Positions 33,794 through 43,958 of a DNA stretch of 64,000 nt are shown one piece after another. The stretch is taken from positions 131,298 through 195,297 of the forward strand of contig JALHMI010000014.1 in NCBI GenBank assembly GCA_022844125.1, read 5' to 3'. Made by a program: the position numbers and the translations under genes. Position 1 is the first letter of the stretch; every line of letters begins with the position of its first letter. The notes beneath the pieces are model-generated. The model searched no databases and was not told the DNA's origin. It was given only the letters and a program-made list of their open reading frames with translations. The stretch comes from Pirellulales bacterium. Its GTDB lineage: Bacteria; Planctomycetota; Planctomycetia; Pirellulales; PALSA-1355.

Positions 33794-36700
33794 ATGAATG
33801 CTGCTTCCGCTTCACGCGTTTCCGGCACACCGCCTCACGCTAACACTCCGGGTGACACCACCAAGGAGCATCTGCAGCACTCATTCGCCACAGCGAAAGA
33901 GCTAGATGTCGCTTGTGCCGCTTTCGAGCTTGCGCTCGCTCGCGGAGAACGGCCCAATATCGATGCGATCGTCGAGAGTGCCAGTGAATCGCTTCGAACG
34001 CGATTGTTTCGAGAGCTATTGGCGATTGAAATGGAGTTTCGCGCAGGCCGGGGCGAGACGCCGTCGCTCAATGAGTATCGCCAGCGGTTTAGCACGCAGC
34101 TGCAGCTGGTCAAGTTCCTCTATCTCGAGCGTTTCACGCCAGCCGTGATTGGCGATTTTCCTGTGCAACGATTGGTCGGTCGAGGCGGGTTCGGCCATGT
34201 CTACCAAGCGTGGGACCAGAAACTTTCCCGCACGGTGGCGATCAAGGTGTTCCGCAGAGATCCCGATCGGCCGGGACCGCCGGGTAGCTTGCTCGTGGAA
34301 GCTCGATCAGCTGCGCAACTGCGTCATCCAGGCGTTGTGACGGTTCATGCGATTCTCCCAGATAGCGACGGCGATGAATTTTTGGTTCTCGAATACGTGG
34401 ACGGTTGTTCGCTCGAAGAGTTGCTCCGGAGCAGCCAACTTTCTTCTCGCGAAGCGGCAAGTCTCATTCTTGCCGTAGTTCAAGCCCTGCAGCACGCCCA
34501 TCAACATGGGCTGGTCCATCGCGACTTGAAACCTGCCAACATCTTACTCGAGCAAGGATGCCGCCCACGTGTGACGGACTTCGGACTGGCACTGCAACTT
34601 ACCGAAGTGCGACGCTCACCGCTCATTACTGGGACCTTGTCCTACATGTCTCCAGAGCAGGCCAATGGAGAGTCGCATCGTTTGGATTCGAGGACTGACG
34701 TGTGGGCAGTCGGCGTAGTGCTTTACCGAATGCTCACCGGAAAGCTTCCATTTTCCGCTCCGGACTACCGCGCTTTGCTGAACTCGATTCAATATGACGA
34801 GCCGGTCGATCCGCTACTCATAAATGGCGAGATTGCTCCCGAGCTGGCTCGCGTGACAATGCGTTGCCTTTCCAAGCGAATGAGCGATCGCTACCAAACC
34901 GCCGCCGAACTCGCCGAAGACTTGACGGCGTTTCTTGCAGGCAACACGTCTGCTGCTCCGACGGTCGTCGGCGACAAGCTCGTTGATCGGCAAATCGCGG
35001 TCGTACCTAAAGGGCTGCGCTCCTTCGATATTTCTGATCGAGACTTCTATCTTCAGCTCGTTCCTGGAGCACGGGATCGACATGGAGTTCCGCAAGGGGT
35101 GCGTTTTTGGGAAGAACGCCTCGGTGATACTGGTAGCACGCAGACATTTCGGGTGGGAATGCTGTATGGCCCAAGTGGTTGTGGCAAGTCGTCCCTCGTC
35201 CGTGCAGGTATTCTGCCTCGACTGCCCGGCAGCGTCCGGCGGATCCTAATCGAGTGTACGCACGACCAAACTGAGGCACGTCTACTGGCTGAGTTGCGAC
35301 GTCATTTCCCGGAACTGGCCACGACCGGTTCGCTGTCGGACGCGCTTGCCGAATTACGCGAGGGAACCTTTCTGGCTCCTGGCGAGAAGCTCGTATTAGC
35401 GATTGACCAGTTTGAGCAATGGCTTCATGGTTGGCAGCCAGAGCACTCGACTTCCTTTGTCGAGGCGCTTAGGCAGTGTGACGGCGGGCGCGTACAGGCG
35501 ATTCTCTTAGTTCGAGATGACTTTTGGATGCAGACGACGCGATTCTTCAAAGCATTGGATGTTCCTCTGCTCGAAGGTGTCAATGCAGCTGCAGTTGACT
35601 TGTTCGACTCTAGCCATGCAAAGAGAGTATTAGCCGCCTTCGGAGATGCGTACGGCCGACTCTCGAGCGACCAGGCCCGGAGGTCGGTCGAGCAAGAGCG
35701 GTTTCTTGATTCTGCGGTTCGAGAGTTGGCCGAAGACGGCTGGATCGTCCCCATTCGACTCTGCATCTTTTCGGAAATGGTGAAGTCACTACCATGGGTT
35801 CCGCAGACCTTAAAAAAGGTCGGTGGGGCTGAGGGCATCGGAGTAACCTTTCTAGAGGAAGTCTTCAGCGGCAGATCGGCTTCGCCCCTTCATCGCTTGC
35901 ATCGAAGGGCAGCTCGTGCGGTCCTGGAACAGCTATTGCCCCCAGCTGGCTCAGAGATTCGGGGGCATCTTAAGTCCGAATCAGAACTACTGATCGCGTC
36001 AGGGTACGCGCAATCACCTCCTGAGTTTACGGATTTACTTCGGTGCCTTGATCAAGAGCTAAGACTCATAACTCCCTCGGAATCAGGCGATTTAAATCGG
36101 GTGTCGTCTGGTGGTCTCAATGAAAAGTTTTATCAATTGACGCACGACTTCCTCGTTGATGCAATTCGGCGCTGGCTGAATCGCGATCGGTCGCGTACGG
36201 TGATCGGACGAGCAGAACTCCGGCTTGCCGAGCGATCGCAAGCCTACGCGACGCGCCAGGATGATCGGCAACTACCGGCCTGGTGGGAATGGGTGTGGAT
36301 TGCGGCGCTGACTCAGCAACGTCGATGGACACACCGCGATCGCGAGCTTATGCGGGCAGCAAGCCGCAAGTACGCGCTTCGCATTACCGGCGTAGTTGGT
36401 GCGGTGTTACTGCTTATCTTCGTCGCCTATCATCAGTATGGAACGCTGCGTGCCCAGGGACTGGTGCAAGCCTTGGCGACTAGCGATCCTGTTGGGGTCC
36501 CGGCTTCCGTCGACCAGCTGGGCTCTTTTGCCTGGTGGGTAAAGCCGGAGGTCCAACGCCGGCTTAGTGAAGACGGAGTTTCTGACGAAGAGCGAATACG
36601 CCTTGAGCTCGGACAGTTCTCACTGGGTCAGATTCCATCCCAGGAACTTGCGAAGCGACTTTTAGGCGCGAGCCCTCCGGTGGCTATTTCGATTGTGCAG

Positions 36701-38404
36701 GTACTCAATAAGTACAACGGAATGGCGGTGATTTCTGAAGTGCTCGAAGCAATAGCACGGGATAAGAGTCAATCTGAGCCACAGCGATTGCGAGCAATAA
36801 TCGCCCTAGCAAGTACCGACGGGCCAGCTAACGATCTTCGGTGGCATGAGCTTGCACCAATTGCGGCCGATATGGCCGTGCGAGATATCAGCGAGAATCC
36901 TAACCACTATCAACCTTGGCAGGCTGGCCTACGCTTCAAAAAGCAGTTCTTGCTCGAGCCCTTGACAAGCATGTTTGCAGATCGCAGTCTGACCCGGCAG
37001 GGACGATTGCTCGCCACCCAGTTGTTGCTCGACTACGCCGCGAATGATCATCAAAGGCTCTTAGAATTAGCTCTAGGTGCCGAACCATGGCAATGCCCTC
37101 CTCTGTTTCGCGCATTGCAGCCGTATCGATTGGCGATCTTACCAACCCTAAACAATGTGGCATCGATTGAACCCACTGGTGGCGCCGAATTGCACGAGAA
37201 GAAACAGGTGGCCGCGCGAAGTGCAAATGCTATCGCTCTACTGCATTTTTTGGGGGAAAGCCACAGCGTTTGGCCCGCACTTACCCATTCATCGGACCCA
37301 ATTCGCCGTTCGTACATGCTGCGGCACTTCTCTGAGGTCGCGATACCGTTCAATTGGGTCGAACGATTGCCGCAGTTGGACGCTGGCGGCCGGCAAGCGG
37401 TCATACTAGCGATGGGGTTTCAGGCGAACACTTTCGAGAAGCCCGAGCAACGGCATGTGCTACAGCAGACTTTACTGGAGCGATTTCGCACAGATCCTGA
37501 TGCAGGCGTTCACAGTGCAGCTGAGTGGTCGCTCAGGCGGTTAGGCATGCTCGAGCCCCTGGAGAAAGCTCGTCAAGAACTAGCGGAACATGGACTGCAG
37601 CAGGGATTTGGTTGGTATGTAACAAAAAGCGGGATCGGCATGGTCCTTGTTCGCCCGCAAGGGAAAGTGTGGCTCGGTTCGCCGAAGCATGAGATTGGGC
37701 ACGAGTCCGATGAGGCACCATGGGAGGTCGATCAGAACTGGTGCTATGCGATTTCCGCCACAGAGATCACCCAGCGACAATACCACAAGCTGGTTCCGGA
37801 GTATCGAGATCATCTCAATGAGTACGCCTCAACGGACGACTCGCCGGTGAATTCAGTGACTTGGCTAGACACCGCAAAGTTCTGCCGGCTGCTCAGCGAG
37901 GCCGAGGGAATTCCCGATGAGGAAATGGTTATTCCACCTATCGAAAAGTTGAAAAAGGGACCATATCCGGATATCCTCAGCCACGTTGGCTATCGACTAC
38001 CCACGGAGTGCGAGTGGGAAGTAGCTTGCCGGTCGGGCTCAGTTACGTCGCGCTTCTTCGGGGATGATCCAGAATTACTGCCTCTCTTTGCCTGTTACGT
38101 TGCGAATTTTAACGGAACGTCAGCTCCAGTGGGGTCCTACTTGCCAAATGCCTGGGGCTGCTTCGACACACTTGGGAACGTGGCTGAGTGGTGCTACAAC
38201 GTTTTCCAGGACAATCCCGCTGAGCGTTCAGAGCGGCATATTAGCCCTCCGGGATATGGGCCAGCTTATCGTTTCGCCGTTCGTGGCAATGAATACTTTG
38301 CGAGCCCCCGAATTCTTCGTGTCGCGAATCGTAGGGAAGGGCGATCCGAGGAGTTTATTCATTCACGTGGATTCCGTATCGCGCAGACTGTGAAACTCCC
38401 GTAG
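33794..38404 (+). CDS. multidomain Ser/Thr protein kinase: kinase, P-loop NTPase (STAND-like), TM segment, HEAT-like repeats, FGE-sulfatase (SUMF1) domain
   Basis: GRGGFGHVYQA...VAIK, HRDLKPANILL, VTDFGLA and SYMSPEQ. P-loop YGPSGCGKSSLVRAGILPRL (about 35169-35195). TM segment ITGVVGAVLLLIFVAY. C-terminal YRLPTECEWEVACR...GNVAEWCY...RGFRIAQ. ATG 33794 chosen over the upstream alternative start. Confidence 0.9.
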   Translation: MNAASASRVSGTPPHANTPGDTTKEHLQHSFATAKELDVACAAFELALARGERPNIDAIVESASESLRTRLFRELLAIEMEFRAGRGETPSLNEYRQRFSTQLQLVKFLYLERFTPAVIGDFPVQRLVGRGGFGHVYQAWDQKLSRTVAIKVFRRDPDRPGPPGSLLVEARSAAQLRHPGVVTVHAILPDSDGDEFLVLEYVDGCSLEELLRSSQLSSREAASLILAVVQALQHAHQHGLVHRDLKPANILLEQGCRPRVTDFGLALQLTEVRRSPLITGTLSYMSPEQANGESHRLDSRTDVWAVGVVLYRMLTGKLPFSAPDYRALLNSIQYDEPVDPLLINGEIAPELARVTMRCLSKRMSDRYQTAAELAEDLTAFLAGNTSAAPTVVGDKLVDRQIAVVPKGLRSFDISDRDFYLQLVPGARDRHGVPQGVRFWEERLGDTGSTQTFRVGMLYGPSGCGKSSLVRAGILPRLPGSVRRILIECTHDQTEARLLAELRRHFPELATTGSLSDALAELREGTFLAPGEKLVLAIDQFEQWLHGWQPEHSTSFVEALRQCDGGRVQAILLVRDDFWMQTTRFFKALDVPLLEGVNAAAVDLFDSSHAKRVLAAFGDAYGRLSSDQARRSVEQERFLDSAVRELAEDGWIVPIRLCIFSEMVKSLPWVPQTLKKVGGAEGIGVTFLEEVFSGRSASPLHRLHRRAARAVLEQLLPPAGSEIRGHLKSESELLIASGYAQSPPEFTDLLRCLDQELRLITPSESGDLNRVSSGGLNEKFYQLTHDFLVDAIRRWLNRDRSRTVIGRAELRLAERSQAYATRQDDRQLPAWWEWVWIAALTQQRRWTHRDRELMRAASRKYALRITGVVGAVLLLIFVAYHQYGTLRAQGLVQALATSDPVGVPASVDQLGSFAWWVKPEVQRRLSEDGVSDEERIRLELGQFSLGQIPSQELAKRLLGASPPVAISIVQVLNKYNGMAVISEVLEAIARDKSQSEPQRLRAIIALASTDGPANDLRWHELAPIAADMAVRDISENPNHYQPWQAGLRFKKQFLLEPLTSMFADRSLTRQGRLLATQLLLDYAANDHQRLLELALGAEPWQCPPLFRALQPYRLAILPTLNNVASIEPTGGAELHEKKQVAARSANAIALLHFLGESHSVWPALTHSSDPIRRSYMLRHFSEVAIPFNWVERLPQLDAGGRQAVILAMGFQANTFEKPEQRHVLQQTLLERFRTDPDAGVHSAAEWSLRRLGMLEPLEKARQELAEHGLQQGFGWYVTKSGIGMVLVRPQGKVWLGSPKHEIGHESDEAPWEVDQNWCYAISATEITQRQYHKLVPEYRDHLNEYASTDDSPVNSVTWLDTAKFCRLLSEAEGIPDEEMVIPPIEKLKKGPYPDILSHVGYRLPTECEWEVACRSGSVTSRFFGDDPELLPLFACYVANFNGTSAPVGSYLPNAWGCFDTLGNVAEWCYNVFQDNPAERSERHISPPGYGPAYRFAVRGNEYFASPRILRVANRREGRSEEFIHSRGFRIAQTVKLP

Positions 38405-38437
38405 CCTATTGCTCAAACCCAGTTGCAGGAAACGTCC

Positions 38438-39028
38438 ATGCCAAATGTGAATCTGCCCGCAGGCTGGTCAGAGGTCCCACCCGACGAGGTCCTCGTTCAA
38501 GAGGCGTTCGATCTCGTAACTGGAACTTTCCCCAAACGATACCTGCACTACGAAGTGCCCGACCTGATTGAAAAGATGAACCATGTGCGTCGGAACAACA
38601 ATGATGAGGGGAATCCCGGTCCCGAGGTACGTAGTTTACGAGTTTTCACACACAGCCCCCCGGGCGCCATCATCGACGTTGCAGTCTTCTTTTTTCTCCG
38701 ATTTCGCTCCGAACCTCGAGCATATTCTCTATCACTCGGGATCTCTCCCAGCGTGACGGCAAGCGTGCTGTATCAGCAGCTTCTTGCAATTTCTGGCTAT
38801 CTGCAGAAGGAACAAAATGAGTTGGGGGGAGTCTCAACCATCGACGTACTCAGTCACAAAGTCGATCTCGAAGCAGACTTGGACGATGTGCCTGAACTCA
38901 CCGTCAGGGTCGGGCAAGCCTTTAAAACCGCATGCCTCAATCGAAAACTGACCTACATCGGTGAGGTAAACCTGGGCCCTCCCTGGCCCTGGCGTCTCTA
39001 TCGTTGGACTTTGGCGCAACTTCCTTAA
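38438..39028 (+). CDS. hypothetical protein
   Basis: ATG 38438 (MPNVNLPAGW), 34 nt after the kinase stop. No motif recognised. Confidence 0.55.
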   Translation: MPNVNLPAGWSEVPPDEVLVQEAFDLVTGTFPKRYLHYEVPDLIEKMNHVRRNNNDEGNPGPEVRSLRVFTHSPPGAIIDVAVFFFLRFRSEPRAYSLSLGISPSVTASVLYQQLLAISGYLQKEQNELGGVSTIDVLSHKVDLEADLDDVPELTVRVGQAFKTACLNRKLTYIGEVNLGPPWPWRLYRWTLAQLP

Positions 39029-39163
39029 ACCGTATGAGGTATCCATATGCCAGGTCCAGATAAGACCTCTGGTGGGATGGGCGTTCGAGATCCGAGAACA
39101 CTGGCGATTGTGACGCCGATCTTGTTGCTGTGCCTATTGGTAAGCTACCTCTGGCTCCGATAG

Positions 39164-40087
39164 ATGATGCACTTGGCACAGCAAGTCGCGGAGCGGCCGC
39201 GGATTTCAGTCGTTGTCACGACCTACAACGAAGGGCCAGAATTACATCGGACGCTTCGCTCAGTTTGCGACAATACCGATTTCTTGGAAGAGATCATCGT
39301 CGTGGACGACGGCTCCGACGATGGTTCAATCCAAGAGTTCTCTGATTCTCGCGTACGAATGATCCGTCATTCGGCACGGACCGGTATTGCCCAATCCCGC
39401 AATGAAGGGTCTTTAGCCGCTCGCGGAAACGTCTTCTGCTACCTAGATGCCCATCAGCGAATTGGTCGTCGAGCGTTGGACCGCTGTGCTGAACTAGCGC
39501 TTCGTGAGAATGCAATAACGTGCCCTGACGTTCGCGACTACGGACTGTTTCAATGGCGCCTGCATGGTGCGGAGTCCCGGCTCTGTCCGGAGCGAGGATA
39601 CCTGACTGCCACTTGGCGGCAGTGGTTTCAGAGGCGTGGGGTTCGGCAAGTATCAGGACTACGTGCGCCTCCCTACTTGATTCCACGAAAGCTCTATGAC
39701 GATGTCGCTTGGTCGACCTGCCTGCAGGGCTGGGGCGCGTCCGAGGCCTCAGTGGTTGTCAAAGCCTTCTTCACCGGTCGACGGGTTCTGCACTTTTCGG
39801 GGCCAGTAGTCCGTCACCGATTCCAGCAGAAGTCCGAGTTCGCAGTAAGCTGGGACGAGCTTTATCAGAATCAGGCAGTCATCGCGCGCGTCTGCTTCAG
39901 TGAGAAAACTTGGAAACGCTATTGGCTCCCTAGGGTCTTTGAGGGACACCTTTCGGAACAGGCCTGCCGACTCCTGGCGAGCCCTCAGTTGCTCGCTGAA
40001 TATGAAAAGTTTCAACAACGAAAATGCCGGGCCGATCGTGAGTTCTGGACGGAGCTTCTAAAACTGCCATCGCCATCCGAAATCTAG
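39164..40087 (+). CDS. family 2 glycosyltransferase
   Basis: ISVVVTTYNEGPELHRTLRSV...IIVVDDGSDDGS...YLDAH (DxD-type GT-A signature). Confidence 0.8.
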   Translation: MMHLAQQVAERPRISVVVTTYNEGPELHRTLRSVCDNTDFLEEIIVVDDGSDDGSIQEFSDSRVRMIRHSARTGIAQSRNEGSLAARGNVFCYLDAHQRIGRRALDRCAELALRENAITCPDVRDYGLFQWRLHGAESRLCPERGYLTATWRQWFQRRGVRQVSGLRAPPYLIPRKLYDDVAWSTCLQGWGASEASVVVKAFFTGRRVLHFSGPVVRHRFQQKSEFAVSWDELYQNQAVIARVCFSEKTWKRYWLPRVFEGHLSEQACRLLASPQLLAEYEKFQQRKCRADREFWTELLKLPSPSEI

Positions 40088-40202
40088 TCCGATCTCGCCG
40101 CACGCGCGTCGGCCTTTCGTTGAGTCCGGGGATATACAGTGTATTGGGCCCGCCGGAGAAAGCGGGTTCGCAACACGTCGATGGACCACAGAGGGCCGTG
40201 GC

Positions 40203-40427
40203 ATGGTGGTCGGAATTCAAACCGGGGCACTCGTCAAAGATAGTATGACGGGCCAAGTGTGGGCGGTGGTTCAGATCTACTCGGATGGCAGCGTGGGGCT
40301 TCAGCGCAATGGCGTTATCAGAACAGCCAATCTAAGCGAGCTAGAAGTTCTCGACCCGCCTAGAGTGCGACAGAGCTCGCCCCCATCGTCAGTCGCAAAG
40401 CCTCAGCATCCATTGGGACCGGATTAG
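40203..40427 (+). CDS. small beta-rich hypothetical protein
   Basis: GALVKDSMTGQVWAVVQIYSDGSVGLQRNGVIRTANLSELEVLD looks SH3/KOW-like. The 3' end overlaps the convergent sigma gene by 39 nt. Confidence 0.3.
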   Translation: MVVGIQTGALVKDSMTGQVWAVVQIYSDGSVGLQRNGVIRTANLSELEVLDPPRVRQSSPPSSVAKPQHPLGPD

Positions 40428-40967
40428 CTCAAGCTTCCGTTCGATCGTACGGGTAGAGCAGTTGATTTTCGCAGCGATTTCGTCGTTGGTGTAGCCTTCC
40501 ATCTTCCAAACGGCAATCGACTGAAGTGTTTCGTCGCCTAGCTCAAGCAAAAGGCGGCGATATTCCTCCGCAGCTTGCGCGGAAAACTCAGGAGTCGGGT
40601 CATTACTGGCAATTGCTTCGAGGGCAGCAAGTTCAGCCTTGGTATTGGTCAGATGGTGCGAACGCTTTTGCCTCGCTTCGAAAGTCGCTTGGTTGGCGGC
40701 CTTACGTGCCGTGATTAGAACGAGGACCGACCACAAGCAGTTTCGGTCGTGGAGATCTGGAAACTTGCCTTGCTCGGCCCCTCGACAGAAGCTGTCGAAG
40801 GCCATTAGCACGACATCCTCTTCGTCGGCAGCTCGACGTGGTGTTCCGCTCAGTCGAGCTTTGGCAAGCGATACGAGGCGCGCATAGTACCGCTCCCAGA
40901 TCGGACGGATCGCTTCCCGATTGCCGGACTGCAGTTCCAGCAGCCAGTGAGTGACGGAGCCAGCCAT
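40389..40967 (-). CDS. ECF-type RNA polymerase sigma factor (TIGR02999/PF07638-like)
   Basis: VTHWLLELQSGNREAIRPIWERYYARLVSLAKARL N-terminus. C-terminal region-4 HTH: IAVWKMEGYTNDEIAAKINCSTRTIERKLELIR. Confidence 0.85.
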   Translation of the reverse strand: MAGSVTHWLLELQSGNREAIRPIWERYYARLVSLAKARLSGTPRRAADEEDVVLMAFDSFCRGAEQGKFPDLHDRNCLWSVLVLITARKAANQATFEARQKRSHHLTNTKAELAALEAIASNDPTPEFSAQAAEEYRRLLLELGDETLQSIAVWKMEGYTNDEIAAKINCSTRTIERKLELIRSQWMLRLCD

Positions 40968-41343
40968 ATTGTTCTCTCGGTTGACTGGGGCTTCCCCATC
41001 GTACGCGTCCGGGGTACCGGCCGCAATCTGCCCGGCATAGAATTGATGTCGAGCAGAGAGCTATTCACAATCGCGAACTTCCTTGCCGAGTTAAATGGCG
41101 TCATCACTGACTTTGGCCGCAATCGCGGCCAAACCTCAGGTATCGCCAAAGGCCAAACTCGAGTTCGGCGAATGTATCGGTAGGCAGCCCCTCAGCGAAG
41201 GCTCGTTCGAGCAGGGGATGCTGTCCAGAAAGTGCGAGGCGGCGCAGCTGTTTGCAATGACCAATTTACGGCGGAAGCGCAGTCGGCACAAACCTCTCCC
41301 TGATTACGCCCTGCAACATTTTGACAAGGGCGCCAGTGCTCGG

Positions 41344-42258
41344 TCAGTTGATCCCGATGACTCTGCGACCGGCTCGGGTCAGGTTGGTGCGCGTCAGCAA
41401 GGCGATGCAACAAAGCTCATCGCCCTTAGCGTATTGAGGATTGCGCTCTACGAAGAACTGATGGTGTGGATCAGGCCGACTTACTGAACAGATATCCATG
41501 ATATTTGGACGCAACACGTAAGACGACGGATTCACACGAACGATCCCATGATTGGAATCGTAAGCGTTCGAGAACTGTTGTCGGCCTAGCGCATCCAGGA
41601 TCATTCTTTCCCGCCCTGGTGTGGCTGTGTCGTATCTGGGAAAGAAGTCTCTAAAGAACGCGGGCAAGAAACGGTACGTTCGGACGGCTTGGCAAATTAG
41701 GAACCAATACAACTCGCTAGCTTTGTGAGCATCCATCAGTTCCAGCGCCAATCGGCTCCATGCACCCAAAAGTGCAGAGCTCCCCCATTGCGATCGCGCG
41801 ACGATGGTATCGCCACTGAAAAGGGCGCGGACTTCCCCATCCTCCAGGGTGATCTCCAATAGCTTTTGGGTTGAGAAGCCAAGAAGCGTACCGGAACCTT
41901 CTTCGACGACTTCGACGACCCAATCTTTGTCCGATAAGTCGCGTTCAAAGCTTGCTCGCGATATACCGCGATAGTGCTCCTCCATGAGTGCATACATCGC
42001 CTCTCTCTCTCGCAGCAAGAGGTCTTGGACCGGCCGCGTTCGTCCAGACACCGTCATTGTGATTCTCGAAAGCCCACTAAGCTCAGTTTGGGTTACGAAT
42101 AAGATATCAGACGCGGATGCGTTGAGAATGTCGCATGCTAATGTATGCTCATCGGACGGTCGTGCGATTCGATCGACTTCGAGTGTCCGCCAGATGCGTG
42201 CATGTATATGCACTTGCACCTCCGACGGCTCCACTAAAGCCGGAATTGAAGACGACAT
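41344..42258 (-). CDS. GNAT-like acyltransferase (tentative)
   Basis: The core WVVEVVEEGSGTLLGFSTQKLLE...VRALFSGDTIVARSQWGSSALLGAWSRLALEL resembles a GNAT beta4-alpha3 acyl-CoA-binding region. The N-terminal ~80 aa are unknown. The start lies only 10 nt from the divergent ligase ATG. Confidence 0.45.
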   Translation of the reverse strand: MSSSIPALVEPSEVQVHIHARIWRTLEVDRIARPSDEHTLACDILNASASDILFVTQTELSGLSRITMTVSGRTRPVQDLLLREREAMYALMEEHYRGISRASFERDLSDKDWVVEVVEEGSGTLLGFSTQKLLEITLEDGEVRALFSGDTIVARSQWGSSALLGAWSRLALELMDAHKASELYWFLICQAVRTYRFLPAFFRDFFPRYDTATPGRERMILDALGRQQFSNAYDSNHGIVRVNPSSYVLRPNIMDICSVSRPDPHHQFFVERNPQYAKGDELCCIALLTRTNLTRAGRRVIGIN

Positions 42259-42268
42259 TCGCTCCGAT

Positions 42269-43708
42269 ATGCTTTTTAAGTCGTGTTCCCCGGGTGTGAA
42301 GGACGCGGACTTACGCGAACAGGTGGTGCGAGCATTGGTTCAGTTTTTACCATCAACCGATTTGATTCGTCGTCAGCTTAGCAATTCTCAGTGGTGGCCG
42401 CCCGAAGTGATGCGGCGTCACCAGTTGTCGCTTCTCATACCGCTCCTTGAGCACTCCTATCGGACGGTATCCTGGTATCGATCGCGACTTGCCAACGTAC
42501 GGACCGAGCAGGAGATTACTCGACACTGGCATTCGTTGCCGCTGCTCACGCGATCGGAGATTCAATCTGCAGGAGACCAATTGCATAGCGTGAAGCCACC
42601 GGCTTGGCATGGCAGGATTAGCCCCAAATGGACGGGCGGTGCGACGGGGTCGCCGGTCATGGTCCTCAGGACCGATAATCTTGGAAAGAACTGGATTGCG
42701 AGCACGTTACGAACTGTCGAATGGTTAGGTCTTGATGTTTCAGAAAAGCTCTGCGTCATTCGGTATTTGCCTGCTGCGCAGGCGTCACCGCCTGACGGGA
42801 AAGCGATGGAATCCTGGGGACTTGCGACTAAGGGTTCGCTTCTGACTGGACCGTCCAGCGTTCTCAATGTGCTTAGCACGTCCCATCAACAATTGGAGTG
42901 GCTCATTCGCGAGCAGCCAACCTATCTCCAGTGCTATCCGTCGGTTGTTCGCGAGCTTGCATTGCTGAGCATTCGGGAGAGTTTTTCACTAGCCAAGCTT
43001 CGTAGGGTGCTGACCTTTGGCGAAGTGCTCGAAGACTCAACTCGCGAGATTTGTCGGGTGGCTTGGGGCGTCGAAATGTTCGACGCATACTCTGCACATG
43101 AAGTTGGGAACATTGCCGGCGAGTGTGGATCAGGAGCTGGGTACCACATCCATGCAGAGCACCTGTTGGTCGAGATCCTCGACCACAATGGTGACGAGTG
43201 CCGCGCGGGTCAAGTCGGAAGGGTCGTCATTACAGACTTGCAGAATTACGCGATGCCGTTGATCCGCTATGAGATTGGCGACTATGCAGAGGTTGGTGGC
43301 CAGTGTTCCTGCGGCCGAAACCTTCCCATGTTACGGCGAATCCTCGGCAGGCAACGGAACATGTTCGTATTGCCCAATGGGGAGAAGCTGTGGCCCGCAT
43401 TTGAAGCGGATGCGATGAGCGCCTTCGAAAAGCGTCTTCCAATTCGCCAGTTTCAAGTGGTTCAGAAGTCGCATCAACTCGTCGAAGTACGCCTCGTTGC
43501 CGATTCGCCGCTGTCGACGGAGGAAGAGACCGCTATTCGCGTGATCGTGACGCAGCGGATCGGGCGCGACATTGAAGTTCAACTGCTTTACGTTGATAGC
43601 ATTTCACGCAGTCCGACTGGCAAGTTCGAGGACTTTCGTTCTGACATTTCGGAAGGGGTCGTCGCTGGTTCATCCTCCACAGCGGTGGACGAACCAGATG
43701 CTCGCTAA
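42269..43708 (+). CDS. phenylacetate-CoA ligase-like (PaaK/F390 synthetase family) adenylate-forming enzyme
   Basis: KWTGGATGSPV (P-loop-like motif), YSAHEVGNIAGEC, GYHIHAEHLLVEIL, GRVVITDLQNYAMPLIRYEIGDYAE, CSCGRNLPMLRRILGRQ and SPTGKFEDF. ATG 42269 chosen because the track start 41984 overlaps the divergent gene. Confidence 0.8.
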   Translation: MLFKSCSPGVKDADLREQVVRALVQFLPSTDLIRRQLSNSQWWPPEVMRRHQLSLLIPLLEHSYRTVSWYRSRLANVRTEQEITRHWHSLPLLTRSEIQSAGDQLHSVKPPAWHGRISPKWTGGATGSPVMVLRTDNLGKNWIASTLRTVEWLGLDVSEKLCVIRYLPAAQASPPDGKAMESWGLATKGSLLTGPSSVLNVLSTSHQQLEWLIREQPTYLQCYPSVVRELALLSIRESFSLAKLRRVLTFGEVLEDSTREICRVAWGVEMFDAYSAHEVGNIAGECGSGAGYHIHAEHLLVEILDHNGDECRAGQVGRVVITDLQNYAMPLIRYEIGDYAEVGGQCSCGRNLPMLRRILGRQRNMFVLPNGEKLWPAFEADAMSAFEKRLPIRQFQVVQKSHQLVEVRLVADSPLSTEEETAIRVIVTQRIGRDIEVQLLYVDSISRSPTGKFEDFRSDISEGVVAGSSSTAVDEPDAR

Positions 43709-43958
43709 GGGTTTACGTGCGCGGAGTAACCGTTGCGCAAGCGGCTGACTACGCGGTTAGTGCCCCCGCGCAGCACCTCCTACTCCCGGAGCACAACGCC
43801 TCCGATTCTGTTTTTGAGGTCAGGCGAGTCCTAAGCCTCAGCCAGACAAACTCCGAACAAAATGCTTGGTACTCACCCGAACAGAGTATATAAAGCACCA
43901 CATTGGCGTGGATGTCGTATTTCTCCGCCTCCTTATGGTCGCACACGAGGTCCGGACC

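Noticed and set aside
41984-42268. Upstream extension of the PaaK-like ORF to the track start at 41984
   Set aside because: The extension overlaps the divergent GNAT-like gene by about 275 nt and translates to Cys/Ser/Arg-rich sequence. ATG 42269 gives a sensible N-terminus.
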